Shown one piece after another: positions 24,941 through 37,556 of a DNA stretch of 64,000 bases; the stretch's first letter is position 1; each line of letters opens with the position of its first letter. The stretch spans positions 51,832,001-51,896,000 of the forward strand of contig CM069148.1 of assembly GCA_035221665.1 (NCBI GenBank), written 5' to 3'. This DNA comes from Okamejei kenojei. Lineage: Eukaryota. The translations under genes and the position numbers were made by a program. Under the pieces are notes generated by a model. The model saw nothing but the letters and a program-made list of their open reading frames with translations, ran no database searches and was not told the origin of the DNA.

Positions 24941-25629
24941 AATCATTTTTGGCGCTGCCTATCATGCTTTAATTTTAAATATTGGATTTCTCGTATCATA
25001 TTTTAAATGTTGAATAAAATATGGTATTAGAATATTAAAATAATTACAGTCTGAAAAGTATTCAGTTAAAGAGCATAAAACATAAAGTAAACATGGTGGA
25101 ACTCATTGGGCCAGGCAGCTTTAGTGGAGGAAATGGACAGGTGATATTTCGGGTTGGGACCTTCTTCAGACTGAATCATCACCATCTGTTCCCTCCACAG
25201 ATGCCGCCTGACCTGCTGAGTTCTCCAGCACTTTGTGCTTTGCTCTTTAACTGATGTACTTTTCATACTATAAAGTATAATTTTAATAACCTAAGTGTCT
25301 TTTATGCGATGTTTAAACCTAATACCTAAAAATAAAGCATGATAGGAGACACCAAGATTTGTGTTCAAGGTTACACCGTTTGTAGTTCCTTGTGTCTGTG
25401 AATATTTAAAAAACAGAGTCCACTTTGTCAGCTTACATTTATGGTTAGAGATCGCGGAACAGGGTGGCAGAATGAGTGATGGCTTCATCCTCAAAAGACG
25501 AACGAGCGGATTCAGGCCATTCAACCCATCGAGTCTACTCTGCCATTCAATCATGGCTGATCTATTTTTCCCTCGCAAACACATTCTCCTGCCTTCCCAT
25601 TAACCTTCCTAATTAAGAACCTGTCAATC

Positions 25630-25710
25630 TCTGCTTTAAAAATACCCATTGACTTGGCCTCCAAGTCAATGGGTATTTTTAAAGCAGATATCTAAAAATA
25701 CCCATTGACT
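25630..25710. repeat. Perfect 28-bp inverted repeat plus a third direct copy, within a CR1 fragment
   Basis: Arms 25630-25657 and 25661-25688 with loop cct; taaaaatacccattgact repeated at 25693-25710. Confidence 0.95.
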
Positions 25711-25829
25711 GTGGCAATGAATTCCACAGATTCACCACCCTCTGGCTAAAGAAATTCCTCCTCATCCCCTCTTCTCTAATTTGAGACAATAATGGACCAT
25801 CTTGATTCACCGAAAAAAGTTCAGTGCAG

Positions 25830-26125
25830 ATTTAGATTTTACACTTCAGAGATACAGCACGGAAACAGGCCCTTTGGCCCATGAAGTCCGTGCCAACCAG
25901 CAATCACCCCATACGCTGACACTCCTACACACTAGGGACGTATTTTACCGAAGCCAATTAACCTACAATCATGTATATTTTTGGAGTGTGGGAGGAAACT
26001 AGAGGACCTGGGAGGAAGCCCACGCGATCGCAGCGAGAACGTACAAACTCCGTACAGACAGCGCTTGAGGTCATGATGGAAGTTGGGTCTCCAGTACTGT
26101 GAGGCAGCAACTCTACCTCTGCATC
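25830..26125 (-). mobile_element. HE1-like V-SINE
   Basis: Reverse-complement SINE. Confidence 0.8.
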
Positions 26126-27124
26126 ACTATACGGCTCAGTGTAAAACATTGTAGAGTCCTGCATTTACACACTACAAAGAATCTTAAAAGGATGTGTTGT
26201 TGAAAGGTCGTCAAATTGAGATGTAATTCTGCAAACACTTACACCCACCTTCCTGCTTGTTGGGGCTCTTACACATAGAAGGGAACATGTGTCCTTGTGT
26301 GAGGTTATAACACGCCCCTGAGCACGGTAATCTTAAATAATGAGAAAATCTACCATCCTTCCGTACAAAATTGATTTAATCTTGGACATGAATGAAAAGA
26401 GAAAAGAAAATCGTACCACAACAATTGTTCCACAAAATCTGTTTCTTATTAAATTATTTGTTGACATTCCGTTTTCTTTAGAGTGAAAGAAAAATCTGTT
26501 TGAAATTATTGTTTAAGGTGAAAGATTTAATAAGAACCCGAGGGGCATCTTTTTTACTCAGAGGGTAGTGGGTAAATGGAACGAACTGCCAGAGCAGGTA
26601 GTTGAGGCAGGTACTCTCTAACAGCATGGGAAAGACAATTGGTGGTGCTGGCTCGAAGGGCTAAATGGCCCACTCCTGCACCTATTGTCTATTGTCTATT
26701 GTTTATTGGACGGGGACATGGATAGGAAAGGTTTGGAGGAATATGGGCTAAACGTGGGCAGGTGGGACTAGTTTAGATGGGGCATCTTGGTTGGCATGGA
26801 TGAGTTGGGCTGAAGGACCTGTTTACGTGCTGTATGACTATGACAATCTTAAAAATCGAAATCTGTAGATGCTGCAATTCTGAAATACAACAGGAAATAC
26901 TGGAAACTAACTTCATCTGTGGAGAAAGAAATAAAGTTCTGATGAAGACCCAATCACCGAAACCATGTCACAAATATCCTTCTGTTTTCCCAGTGGTGGT
27001 ATAAATTCTGTAACATAACATCACACACTGAATATGACTCCATGTATCAACCACTCCATGTATTCAATACCTTTCCATCTATCTTGAAACAAAATCAAGA
27101 GGTTTCATCTGCTGATTGCATAGC

Positions 27125-27758
27125 AGAGCAGCGGGCAGAGCTGCTGCCTCACAGCGCCAGAGACCCAGGTTCCATCCTGACCTCAGTTGCTCTGTGTGTG
27201 TGGAGTTTGCACCTTCTCCCTGTGACAGCATGGGTTTCCTCCGGGTGCCCCGGTTTCCTCCCACATCTAAAAGATGTGTGGGCTTGTAGGTTAATTGCCC
27301 CCTGTAAATTGTCCCCTAGTGTTTAGAGAGTGGATGAGAAAGTGGGATAACATAGTGGGATCGTGTCAGCGTGAACTCGGTGGGCCAATTGGCCTGTTAC
27401 CATGATGTATCTCTAAATCTAAAAATGAACTAAAACATATCAAGTTTAGATTTAGTTTGGAGGTAGATACAGCGCTCAACCACCAGGTCCGCACCGACCA
27501 GCGATCCCCGCACATTAACACTATCCTACACACACACACTAGGGACAATTTTTACATCTACCAAGCCAATTAACCTACAAACCTGTACATCTTTGGAGTA
27601 TGGGAGGAAACTAAAGATCTCGGAGAAAACCCATGCGGTCACGGGAAGAACGTACAAACTCCGTACAGACAGCACCCGTAGTTGGGATCGAACCCGGGTC
27701 TCCAGCTCTGCATTCGCTGTAAGGCAGCAACACTACCCCTGCGCTACTGTGACTGCCC
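27125..27758. mobile_element. Tail-to-tail inverted pair of HE1-like SINEs
   Basis: + copy at ~27125-27430, - copy at ~27445-27758. Confidence 0.85.
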
Positions 27759-28159
27759 ACTGTAGGTTACATATGTATGGATAATGCTTGTTGATCAAAT
27801 ATTGTCACCATTGTATCAGTTTTAAACTGCTGTAGATTTGGAGGCTCTATCACGGTTCACTTTAGCAACATTCTGACCAAGTCTCTGTCACAAAGCGCCA
27901 TTACAATGAGTATCTTTAAAATCATTATAACTACATTATTGCTTGGGATCTTGCAGGGACATAGCAAGCTCAAGACTTGATATGTTGCTGCTCTCCCCAA
28001 AAGAAGTCTCCATTTTAAGTTGGTTCGATTAAAGAGGACTAAGTTTGACAATGTCCTGTTTTATGGGCAATGTGGATGGAGTGTGTGGCTACAGTAATAA
28101 AACTTGGACATAATCGGACTTCTTGCCCGAGAAATTAGAGACACTGTACTGAAAACCTA

Positions 28160-28670
28160 GTCATAGAGTCTTACAGTGCGGAAACAGGTCCTTCGACCCA
28201 CTTGCCCACGGCGACCAACATGTCCCATCTACACTAGTCCAACCTGTCTGCGTTTGGCCAACATCTCTCTAAACCTGATCTATCCATACACCTGTCTAAA
28301 TGATTATTAAATGTTTGCGATAGTCCCTGCATCAACTAACTCTGGCAGCTCGTTCCAAATTACCCACCACCTGTTGTGCAAATAAAAGTTACCCCTCAGG
28401 TTCTTATTAAATTTTCCCCCTCACCTTAAACCTATGTCCTCTGGTTCCCGATTTCCTTGCCCTGGGCAAATGACTATGTGCATTTGCCCAATCCATTTCT
28501 CTCATGTTTCTGCGCATCTCTATAAGATCACCCCTCATCCTCCTGTACTCCAAGGAGTAGAGTCCTAGCCTACATAACCTATCCTTATAGCTCAGGCAAC
28601 ATCCTGGCAACATCCTCTGAAATCTTCTCTGTACCCTTTCCAGCTGGACAAACTCTTACCTATAACATGG
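28160..28670 (-). mobile_element. CR1 LINE 3' fragment
   Basis: LGLYSLEYRRMRGDLIE...TRGHRFKVRG on the minus strand. Confidence 0.85.
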
Positions 28671-29220
28671 TGTCCAGATCAAAATCGTCTTCGTGCAAGG
28701 ATTTGCTGAGCAAGAATTGCGACCAAATTCCTTGTTTCTTTGCTAAATATTCTTCTCCCTTGCTGGCTACTGTGTTCTGTAAGCCGCCCCCAGGAGAATT
28801 GTTCGTGTATAGCAGGGTTAAGCCTTTACATCCTTATATTAATGCTTTAAACATTTTTCACTTGGCAGTCTCCTTAATAGGGAAGACTTTAATGATAAAA
28901 AGAAACATTCAGTAGCTACTTAACTCCATAAGGTTGTGCCTCACTTTTATGAACCTGTTGCTTAGAGTCAAAAAAAGTATAATTGCATTGAATCTTTATT
29001 TTCAACATCTTTTTAAAAACAAATAAGCAAGTTAAAAGCTGCAGAAACAAAACAGCCTGTTACTGAGGATAAGATAATATAAATCTATAATGAGCTGTTG
29101 AAATTTGGCTCCAAATTAATTGCCTAAGTGACAACTGTAATTTGCAGTTTGAATTATAATTCTTGTAGCATATATACAGTCAGAGAATGTTGTATGATTG
29201 TTGATTTGGGTTTATTAGTT

Positions 29221-31457
29221 ACAATACCATTAGTTTCAATATAATTATGGAGAGAGTCAGAACTGGACCTAGGGTAGAGATTTTGAGGGAATGCGTAAGG
29301 ATTTTAAAGGAGTGAATTGGGACACTTTGTTTCATGGGAAGGATGTAGAAGAGAAATGGAGGACATTTAAAGGGGAAATTGTAAGAGTACAGAATCTTTA
29401 TGTCCCTGTTAGGTTGAAAGGAAATAGTAAAAATTGGAAAGAGCCATGGTTTTCAAGGGAAATTGGACACTTGTTTCGAAAAAAGAGAGATATCTACAAT
29501 AATTATAGGAGGCATGGAGTAAATGAGGTGCTAGAGGAGTATAAAGAATGTAAAAAGAATCTTAAGAAATAAATTAGGAAGGCCAAAAGAAGATATGAGG
29601 TTGCTTTGGCAAGAAAGGTGAAAGTAAACCCAAAGGGTTTCTACAGCTATATTAATAGCAAAAGGATAACGAGGGATAAAATTGGACCATTAGAGAACCA
29701 GAATGGACAGCTATCTGCAGAGCCAAAAGAGATGGGGGAGATATTGAACAATTTATTTTCTTCGGTATTCACCAAGGAGAACGATATTGAACTCGGTGAG
29801 TTAAGGGGAAAGAGTAGAGTAGCTATGGAAACTATGAGATTCAAAGAGGAGGAAGTACTGACACTTTTGAAAAATATAAAAGTGGATAAGTCTCCAGGTC
29901 CTGACAGGATATTCCCTAGGACATTGAGGGAAGTTAGTGTAGAAATAGCAGGAGCTATGACAGAAATATTTCAAATGTCATTAGAAACGGGAACAGTGCC
30001 GGAGGATTGGCGTACTGCGCATGTTGTTCCATTGTTTAAAAAGGGTTCAAAGAATAAACCTAGCAATTATAGACCTATTAGTTTGACGTCAGTGGTGGGC
30101 AAATTAATGGAAAGGATACTTAGAGATAATATATATAAGCATCTGGATAAACAGGGTCTGATCAGGAACAGTCAACATGGATTTGTGCCTGGAAGGTCAT
30201 GTTTGACAAACCTTCTTGAATTTTTTGAAGCGGTAACTAGGGAAATTGATGAGGGTAAAGCAGTGGATGTTGTCTATATGGATTTCAGTAAGGCCTTTGA
30301 CAAGGTTCCCCATGGAAGGTTGGTTAAGAAGGTTCAATCTTTGGGTGTTAATGGCGGAGTAGCAAGATGGATTCAACAGTGGCTGAATGGGAGATGTCAG
30401 AGAGTAATGGTGGATGGCTGTTTGTCAGGTTGGAAGCCGGTGACCAGTGGGGTGCCTCAGGGATCTGTGTTGGGTCCACTGTTGTTTGTCATGTACATCA
30501 ATGATCTGGATGATGGGGTGGAAAATTGGATAAGTAAGTATGCAGATGATACTAAGATAGGTGGTGTTGTGGATAATGAAGTAGATTTTCAAAGTCTACA
30601 GAGAGATTTGGGCCATTTGGAAAAGTGGGCTGAAAGATGGCAGATGGAGTTTAATGCTGATAAGTGTGAAGTGCTACATCTTGGCAGGACAAATCAAAAT
30701 AGGACGTACATGGTAAATGGTAGGGAATTGAGGAATGCTGTGGAACAGAGGGATCTAGGAATAACTGTGCATAGTTCCCTGAAGGTGGAATCGCATGTAG
30801 ATAGGGTGGTAAAGAAAGCCTTTGGTGTGCTGGCCTTTATAAATCAGAGCATTGAATATAGGAGTAAGGAAGTAATGTTAAAATTGTACAAGGCATTGGT
30901 AAGACCAATTCTGCAGTATGGTGTACAATTTTGGTCGCCTAGTTATAGGAAGGATGTCAACAAAATAGAGAGAGTACAGAGGAGATTTACTAGAATGTTG
31001 CCAGGGTTCCAGCAACTATGTTACAGAGAAAGGTTGAACAAGTTAGGTCTTTATTCTTTGGAGCGCAGAAGGTTAAGGGGGGACTTGATTGAGGTCTTTA
31101 AAATGATGAAAGGGATAGACAGAGTTGACGTGGATACGTTTTTCCCATTGAGGGTAGGGAAGATTCAAACAAGAGGGCATGACATGAGAATTAAGGGACA
31201 GAGGTTTCGGGGTAATGTGAGGGGGAACTTCTTTACTCAGAGGGTGGTGGCTGTGTGGAATCAGCTTCCAGCAGAGGTGGTGGAGGCAGGATCGATTTTA
31301 ACATTTAAGAGTAAAGTGGATAGGTATATGGACGTGAAGGGAATGGAGGGGTATGGTCTGAGTGCAGGTAGATGGGACTAGGGGAAAACAAATGGTCGGC
31401 ACGGACTGGAAGGGCCGAGAGGGCCTGTTTCCGTGCTGTAATCGTTATATGGTTATA
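29221..31457 (+). mobile_element. 5'-truncated young CR1 LINE
   Basis: Begins at the end of the APE domain (NTISFNIIME), covers the full RT, 3'UTR and TTATATGG tail. Confidence 0.95.
29291..31381 (+). pseudogene. CR1 ORF2 reverse transcriptase; one in-frame stop at 29570, then 591 uninterrupted codons
   Basis: NYRPISLTS, QHGF...RSCLTNL, DFSKAFDKV, GVPQGSVLGPLLF and YADD motifs. Confidence 0.95.
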
Positions 31458-31584
31458 TAGTGTTATATTATTGTCACAAGGTACAGTGAAAAGCATTTGT
31501 TTCCAGTCAAATCAGGTTATACTATACATGGATACAATAAAGCCAACCTCGAGCACATCTGGCAGACTGCAGGATATAGTGGTG

Positions 31585-31790
31585 CAGGAAGGAAGTGCAG
31601 TTGCTGGTTTACACCAAAGATAGATACAAACTGCTGGAGTAACTCAGCGGGACAGGCAGCATCTCTGGTGAGAAGGAACAGGTGATGTTTCGGGTCAAAA
31701 GCCTTCTTCAGTCTTGAAGGATCTCGACTCAAAACGTCACCCATTCCTTCTCCCCAGTGATGCTGCCTGTCCCGCTGAGTTACTGCAGAA
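31585..31790. mobile_element. Penelope-derived fold-back nested in a Rex fragment
   Basis: Opposed hammerhead halves gtttcgggtc...cttcttcagtc and gactcaaaacgtcacc. Confidence 0.75.
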
Positions 31791-32544
31791 TATATTTTCT
31801 CAACATTGTAGTGGAAGAGTTCCAGAGAAAAAGTCCAAGGTCGGTTCTGAGGCAGTTTGGAGAATCAGACAGTAAAACCAAGTCAAACTCCAGTAGAATA
31901 GGTAGAGCAAAGGGGAAGATACAGAGTGCAGAATATAGTTCTCAGCATTGTAGCGCACCTGTTCCAGACACAAAGTCCAATGTCCACAATGGGGTAGAGG
32001 TGAATCGGACAGTACCCTAGCTTATGGAAGGACTGTTCAGAAGCCTGATAACAGAGGGGAAGAAGCTGTTCCTGAGTCTGATGGTGCGCGCTTTCAAGCT
32101 TCCGATCCAGACCACATCATGTGTGAATGAGGACTTTGTGCAAGGGAGTGGGAAATTCATCAACAAATAGGAAAGAAACAATCAAGTGACTAGTACGTAA
32201 TAGAAACAGCAGTAGGACATGGCCTCTGATTCCAGAAGTTCATGCCTGATCTTTCCCTCAGCACCAATTCCCTGTGCTAACCCCATATCTCTTTGTAAAT
32301 TAAATATCCAAAAATCAATTGAATATGCTCATCACTGAGCCTGCACACTCTATAGAGACTTCCAATTCTTTACTAACCCCAAGATGAAGAACCTACTGAG
32401 ATACATTGGTGGTCCAGTCTCTCACTTTGAGACATTGACTCCTGGTTGTATACAGCCTCGTCTCTCCTTCTACACCACCCTTTAAATTTTTTCAAACGTT
32501 TCAATGAGATCACCTCCCATTTTCTGAACTCCACATATTATAGC

Positions 32545-33140
32545 TGCAAACAACGTGTCGACTTCCTGAGAAGACCAAGGAAGTTTGTCATGTCTCCAGC
32601 GGCTCTTACCAACTTCTACTGATTCATACTGTCGGGTTGCATCACTGCTTGGTTTGCGAAGAGCTCTGCCCAAGACGGTGATAAAGTGCCGAGAGTTATA
32701 GAGGCAGCCCATTCCATCACACACACCAGACTCCCCACTATTGACTCCATCTACACTTCACTCTGCATTAGGGAAGCAGCAAATGTAATCGAGGACCATT
32801 CCCACCCTCATCATTCCTCCTTTTCTCCTCTCTCCCGTTGGGCTGAAGATACAAAATCTTGAACGCACATATCAGCAGATTTAAGAAACAGCTTTTTCCC
32901 CTCTGTTATCAGGCCAGTGAATGGTTCTCCCATAAACTAGGGTGTGGTCCCTATTTTACAGCTTAACTCATTGTGGATATTGCACTTTTTCTCTGTAATT
33001 GTAATGCAACAATGTTGTAAATTAAATGTACTCTCTGGCATGTTTCTCTTGTGTTTGCTTTGATTGTACTCATGTCTGGTGTGTTGATTCTACAAACAAG
33101 CTTTTAACTGTATTGCCATACACGAGACAATAATAAATCC
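32545..33140 (+). mobile_element. Old Rex1/Babar LINE 3' end
   Basis: Degenerate GCITAWF...LPTIDSIYTS; gacaataataaa end. Confidence 0.7.
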
Positions 33141-33284
33141 ATGCCATTACCGATATTGTTCCAATCACTATGCGTGATTACATTCAAGCCATCCACAGTG
33201 TACAGATGGAGGATTGAAGGTAAAACATTTATTGCGAGATAAAGTCTGATTAAAGATCAATGGTCTCCAATGAGGTAGATGAAG

Positions 33285-33600
33285 TAAGGGCAGCAGGGTG
33301 GCGCAGTGGTAGAGTTGCTGCCTTACAGAGCCAGAGACCCGGGTTCGATCCTGGCTACGGGTGCTGACTGTACAGAGTTTGTCCGTTCTCCCCGTGATCT
33401 GCGTGGGTTTTCCCCGGGATCTCCAGTTTCCTCCCACACTCCAAAGACGTACAGGTTTGTAGCTTAATTGGCTTGGTATAATTGTAAATTGTCTCTAGTT
33501 TGTGTAGGATAGCGTTAATGTGCTGGGATCACTGGTCGGCGTGGACTCGCTGAGCTGAAGGGCCTGTTTCCACACTGTATCTCTCAGCTAAACTAATCAA
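33285..33600 (+). mobile_element. HE1-like V-SINE nested in a Rex fragment
   Basis: Full SINE with a good B-box gggttcgatcc. Confidence 0.85.
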
Positions 33601-34103
33601 AACTGCTCTCCAGTTGGTCAGAGGGCAGTTCAGTTGCCGGATGTAATTAAATATTTTTTCCAATAAAGAATCAGCTACCTTCTATTACCTTCTTAATAGC
33701 TGGCATCCAAATGGTATGGTACGAGGTTCTACAATTCAAGATCTTCCCTGGTGCATTGGCACCTGGATGCACAGCTGATAGCAGAGATTAAAGGAGTAAA
33801 AATATCAACCAAGGTGTTCCCTCGTCAATGCTGTCCTGTGGCTGTGGCTGGAAGTTCATTAGTTCATTGGTCATGAGAGCAGAAGAAGGCCATTCAGCCC
33901 ATCACGTCTACTCTGCCATACTATCATGACTGATCTATCGAGGAACACCCATCTCACGAGACGTCAGACAGTGAAAGTGTTTACTGAAACGCACATACAC
34001 ACCAGATCAAAGATTTGGTGACATTTGTAAATGTGCTTACTGGACAAAGGATCTTTATAATCCTTCCCTCAGCACTTTGTAACCAAATTAAAGCTCTCGT
34101 TAA

Positions 34104-34445
<342 letters not shown>

Positions 34446-34583
34446 TAGCATTTCATAAATTCTTAAATTCATAAGTTATAGAAGCCATTCTATAGGGGCC
34501 ATTCGGCGCATTTAATCACGGCTGATCTATCTTTCTCTCTCAACCCCATTCTCCTGCCTTCTCCCCATAACCACTGTATATGT

Positions 34584-34630
34584 AGTTGGAGAATTCAATG
34601 TCCAAGAGCAATATGAGGTGCTGTTCCTCC
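34584..34630 (-). mobile_element. Penelope GIY-YIG C-terminal remnant
   Basis: Minus strand reads EEQHLI...DIEFSN, matching the IDFSNFK* end at 24575. Confidence 0.55.
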
Positions 34631-35827
34631 ATCACTCTGGCAATGGAGATATCTTAGGTCATAAGTGATAGGAACTGAATTAGGCCATTCGGCCCATCAT
34701 GTACTCCACCATTCAATCATGGCTGATTAATCTCTCCCTCTCAACTCCATTCTCCTGCCTACTCCTCGGATCCCCAGGCACCCTTACTAATTGAGAGTCT
34801 GTCAATCTCCACCTAAAAAATACCCATTGACTTGTCCTCCACTGCCATCTGTGGCAATGAATTCCACAGATTCACCACCCTTTGGCTGAAGTAATTCCTC
34901 TGCACCCTGTCCCGCGATTCTGAAAGATTGTTATGGAAGAGGCTGTTGTTTATGGAACATTGGACACAGAACAGCACAGGAACAGGTCCTCAGCCCGCAA
35001 TGTCCGTGCCAAACATGATGCCAAGACCAACTTTGATCTGCCTGCCTAGATTAAAAAAATCCCTCCATTCCCTGCATATCCATAAGTCTCTTAAAAACGA
35101 GTATTGTACATCTCCTTTGAACTTTGCTCCACTCACCTTAAAACTCTGCCCTCTGGTCTTTGATATTTCCACCCTGGGAAAAAGGCTCTGTCTACACCAT
35201 CTATGCTGCTCATAACATTATATACTTCAGTCAAGGAACAATCTCTGTGGTGTGTGTACGTTCTCCCTGTGACCGCGAGGGTTTCCTCCGGGTGCTCCGG
35301 TTTCCACTCACATCCCTAAGATGTACAGGTTTGTAGGTTAATTGGCCTCTGTAAATTGCCCCTAGTGTGTAGGGAGTGGATGTGAAAGTGGGATAACATA
35401 GATCCAGTGTGAAAAGGTGACCAAGGGAAACAACCTTTCCACATCCACTCTATCTGGGCCTTTCATTACGCAGTAGGTTTCAATGGGATTCCCTGTCATA
35501 GTTCGTAGTTGAGGTCAGTGTAGAGTCGAGACCGAAGGGTCCAGACCCGAAACGTCACCCATTCCTTCTATTCAAAGATGCTGCCTGTTCCGCTGAGTTA
35601 CTCTAGCATTTTATGTCTAACTTCGGGCTAAACCAGCATCTGCAGTTCCTTCCTACACGTTAAGCAAGGCATGGCAGGGCAGCGGTTGACAAATGATTCA
35701 GAAACCCAGTGAAAGCCGATTGCCGAGATGTTATGAGCATGGGAGTGGCAGTGGAATTTATTTTGCCTTCATATCAGGGAATGTATGGAATGGATAACTG
35801 AGCAGGGGAAGGGCAGTTGAAGACTCA

Positions 35828-36250
35828 AGGAACTGCAGGTGCTGGTTTAATTAAAAAAAGAAACAAAGTGCTGGAGTAACTCAGCGAGTCAGGCAGCATC
35901 TCTGGAGAACATGGATGGGTGATGTTTTGGGTCGGGACCCTTCTTCAGACGGGGAGAAAGCTGGAAGAGCGGTGGCAGTGGGACAAAGCCTGGCAAGTGA
36001 TAAGTGGATAGGTGGGGGGGTGGGGGGGGGGAGGGGCTTTGATAGGCAGATGGTTGGACAAAGGCGAGAGACGAAGAGACAAACAAGTGAGAGATAAGGT
36101 TAGAAGAGGTATGAATTGTGAAGCCAAGGGAGGGAATTTAGGTGGAAGAGAAGGGGGAAGGGGAAAGAGGAGAAATGGGTGCAAATCCAGATGAGACACA
36201 GGGGAGGAGTGGGGGACGGAAGGATGGGTTTGAAGGAGGAAGGTGGGTCT
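35828..36250 (-). mobile_element. Penelope 3'/pLTR fragment
   Basis: gggtcgggacccttcttcagac plus purine-rich reverse complement of the 3'UTR. Confidence 0.7.
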
Positions 36251-36709
36251 GGTTTGTTAGAGCTTATCTCAAATTGGATCAAGAAACATTACAGCAAGTA
36301 ACCTAATTACAATATACCTCATATACAGGAGAACAGTGGAAGCAAAGTAAATGGACTCGTTTAGATGGGGCATTTTGTTAGCATGGATGGCCTGTTTCCT
36401 TTCTGTACAACTCTATAAATGTCGTTATAATGCAAGAATATATATGATGGTCTGTTGGAATATATCTGTTCTGTTGGAAGAAGGGTCCCGACTCAAACCG
36501 TCACTTATCCATGTTCTCCAGAGATGCTGCCTGACCCACAGAATTACTCCTGCACTTTTTGTCCTTGTATGTACTGACCAGCATTTGCAGATTCTTCTTT
36601 CTGTATTCAAATGTTCAACACAAAATACCTATTAAAGTGCCCTGCTCTTGGTGTTTATAAATTAACGACTTATCCAACCAGTTCTTCAAAGTAACCTCCA
36701 AACTAACAA

Positions 36710-37190
36710 GACACAGTGTGCTGGAGTGACTCGGTGGCTCAGGCAGTATCTCTGGAGAACATAGAGAATATCGTTCACATATCACGTCTCCTCTCCCCTT
36801 TATCCACTGTCTTTTATTTTTTCATCTCTGGCCTTTTTCTAACCATCTGCCGATTAATTATACCCCCCAACTATATCTACTTGCAGGACTTTGTCCCATT
36901 TCCACCTCTCTTCCAGCTTTCTCCCCATTATTGCAATCAGTCTGAAGAAGGGTCCCGACCCGAAATGCCACCTATCCATGTGCTCCAGAGATGCTGCCTG
37001 ACCCACTGAGTTACTCCAGCACTCTGTGAAATGACACCTATCCACGTTCTCCAGAGATGCTGCCTGACCCACTAAGTTACTCCAGCACTCTGAGAAATGT
37101 CACCAATCCATGTTCTTGTCCTGACCCGCTGAGTTACTCCAGCACTTGGTGCCGTTTTGTGTAGACCAGCGCCCGCGGTTCCTTGTTTGC
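36710..37190 (+). mobile_element. Penelope-derived element with hammerhead motif and a 66-bp tandem triplication
   Basis: cagtctgaagaagggtcccgacccgaaatgcc at ~36938-36969; units start at 36962, 37028 and 37094. Confidence 0.8.
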
Positions 37191-37252
37191 TCTGTTTTAA
37201 TCCACTGGTTGACTGTACTCGTATAACGCTCCAGTGTACCTCTGTGCCACAG

Positions 37253-37556
37253 GCAGCAGCCCCAGATCCCCATCACCACGGCGGCAGGTGTGGTCTACCC
37301 CAGCGCCATTTCCATGGCGGCTCCCGCAGCCTCGCCTCAGCTGACATCCGAGTATTCCAGTGAGTCCGGCAGCCCCGAGCCCAGCATCGCCGTCATCCAG
37401 AGCACTTACAGCATGAAGGCAGAGAGCGGCAACCTCGCCACCAGCGAGATAACTAACGGCGAGGAGGAGGTGGAGATGTACGAGGACTATGAGGACGATC
37501 AGAAATCAGACTATAGCAGTGACAATGAGAATCAGGAGGCCATCAGTGCCAACTGA
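37253..37556 (+). CDS. SOX6: SOX6 last coding exon
   Basis: cacAG|G CAG CAG CCC gives [22 protein letters not shown]...[25 protein letters not shown]. This C-terminus is diagnostic of SOX6 rather than SOX5/13. Confidence 0.97.

Noticed and set aside
36962-37150. CRISPR-like array
   Set aside because: Contiguous tandem units without unique spacers, in a eukaryotic context with no cas genes.
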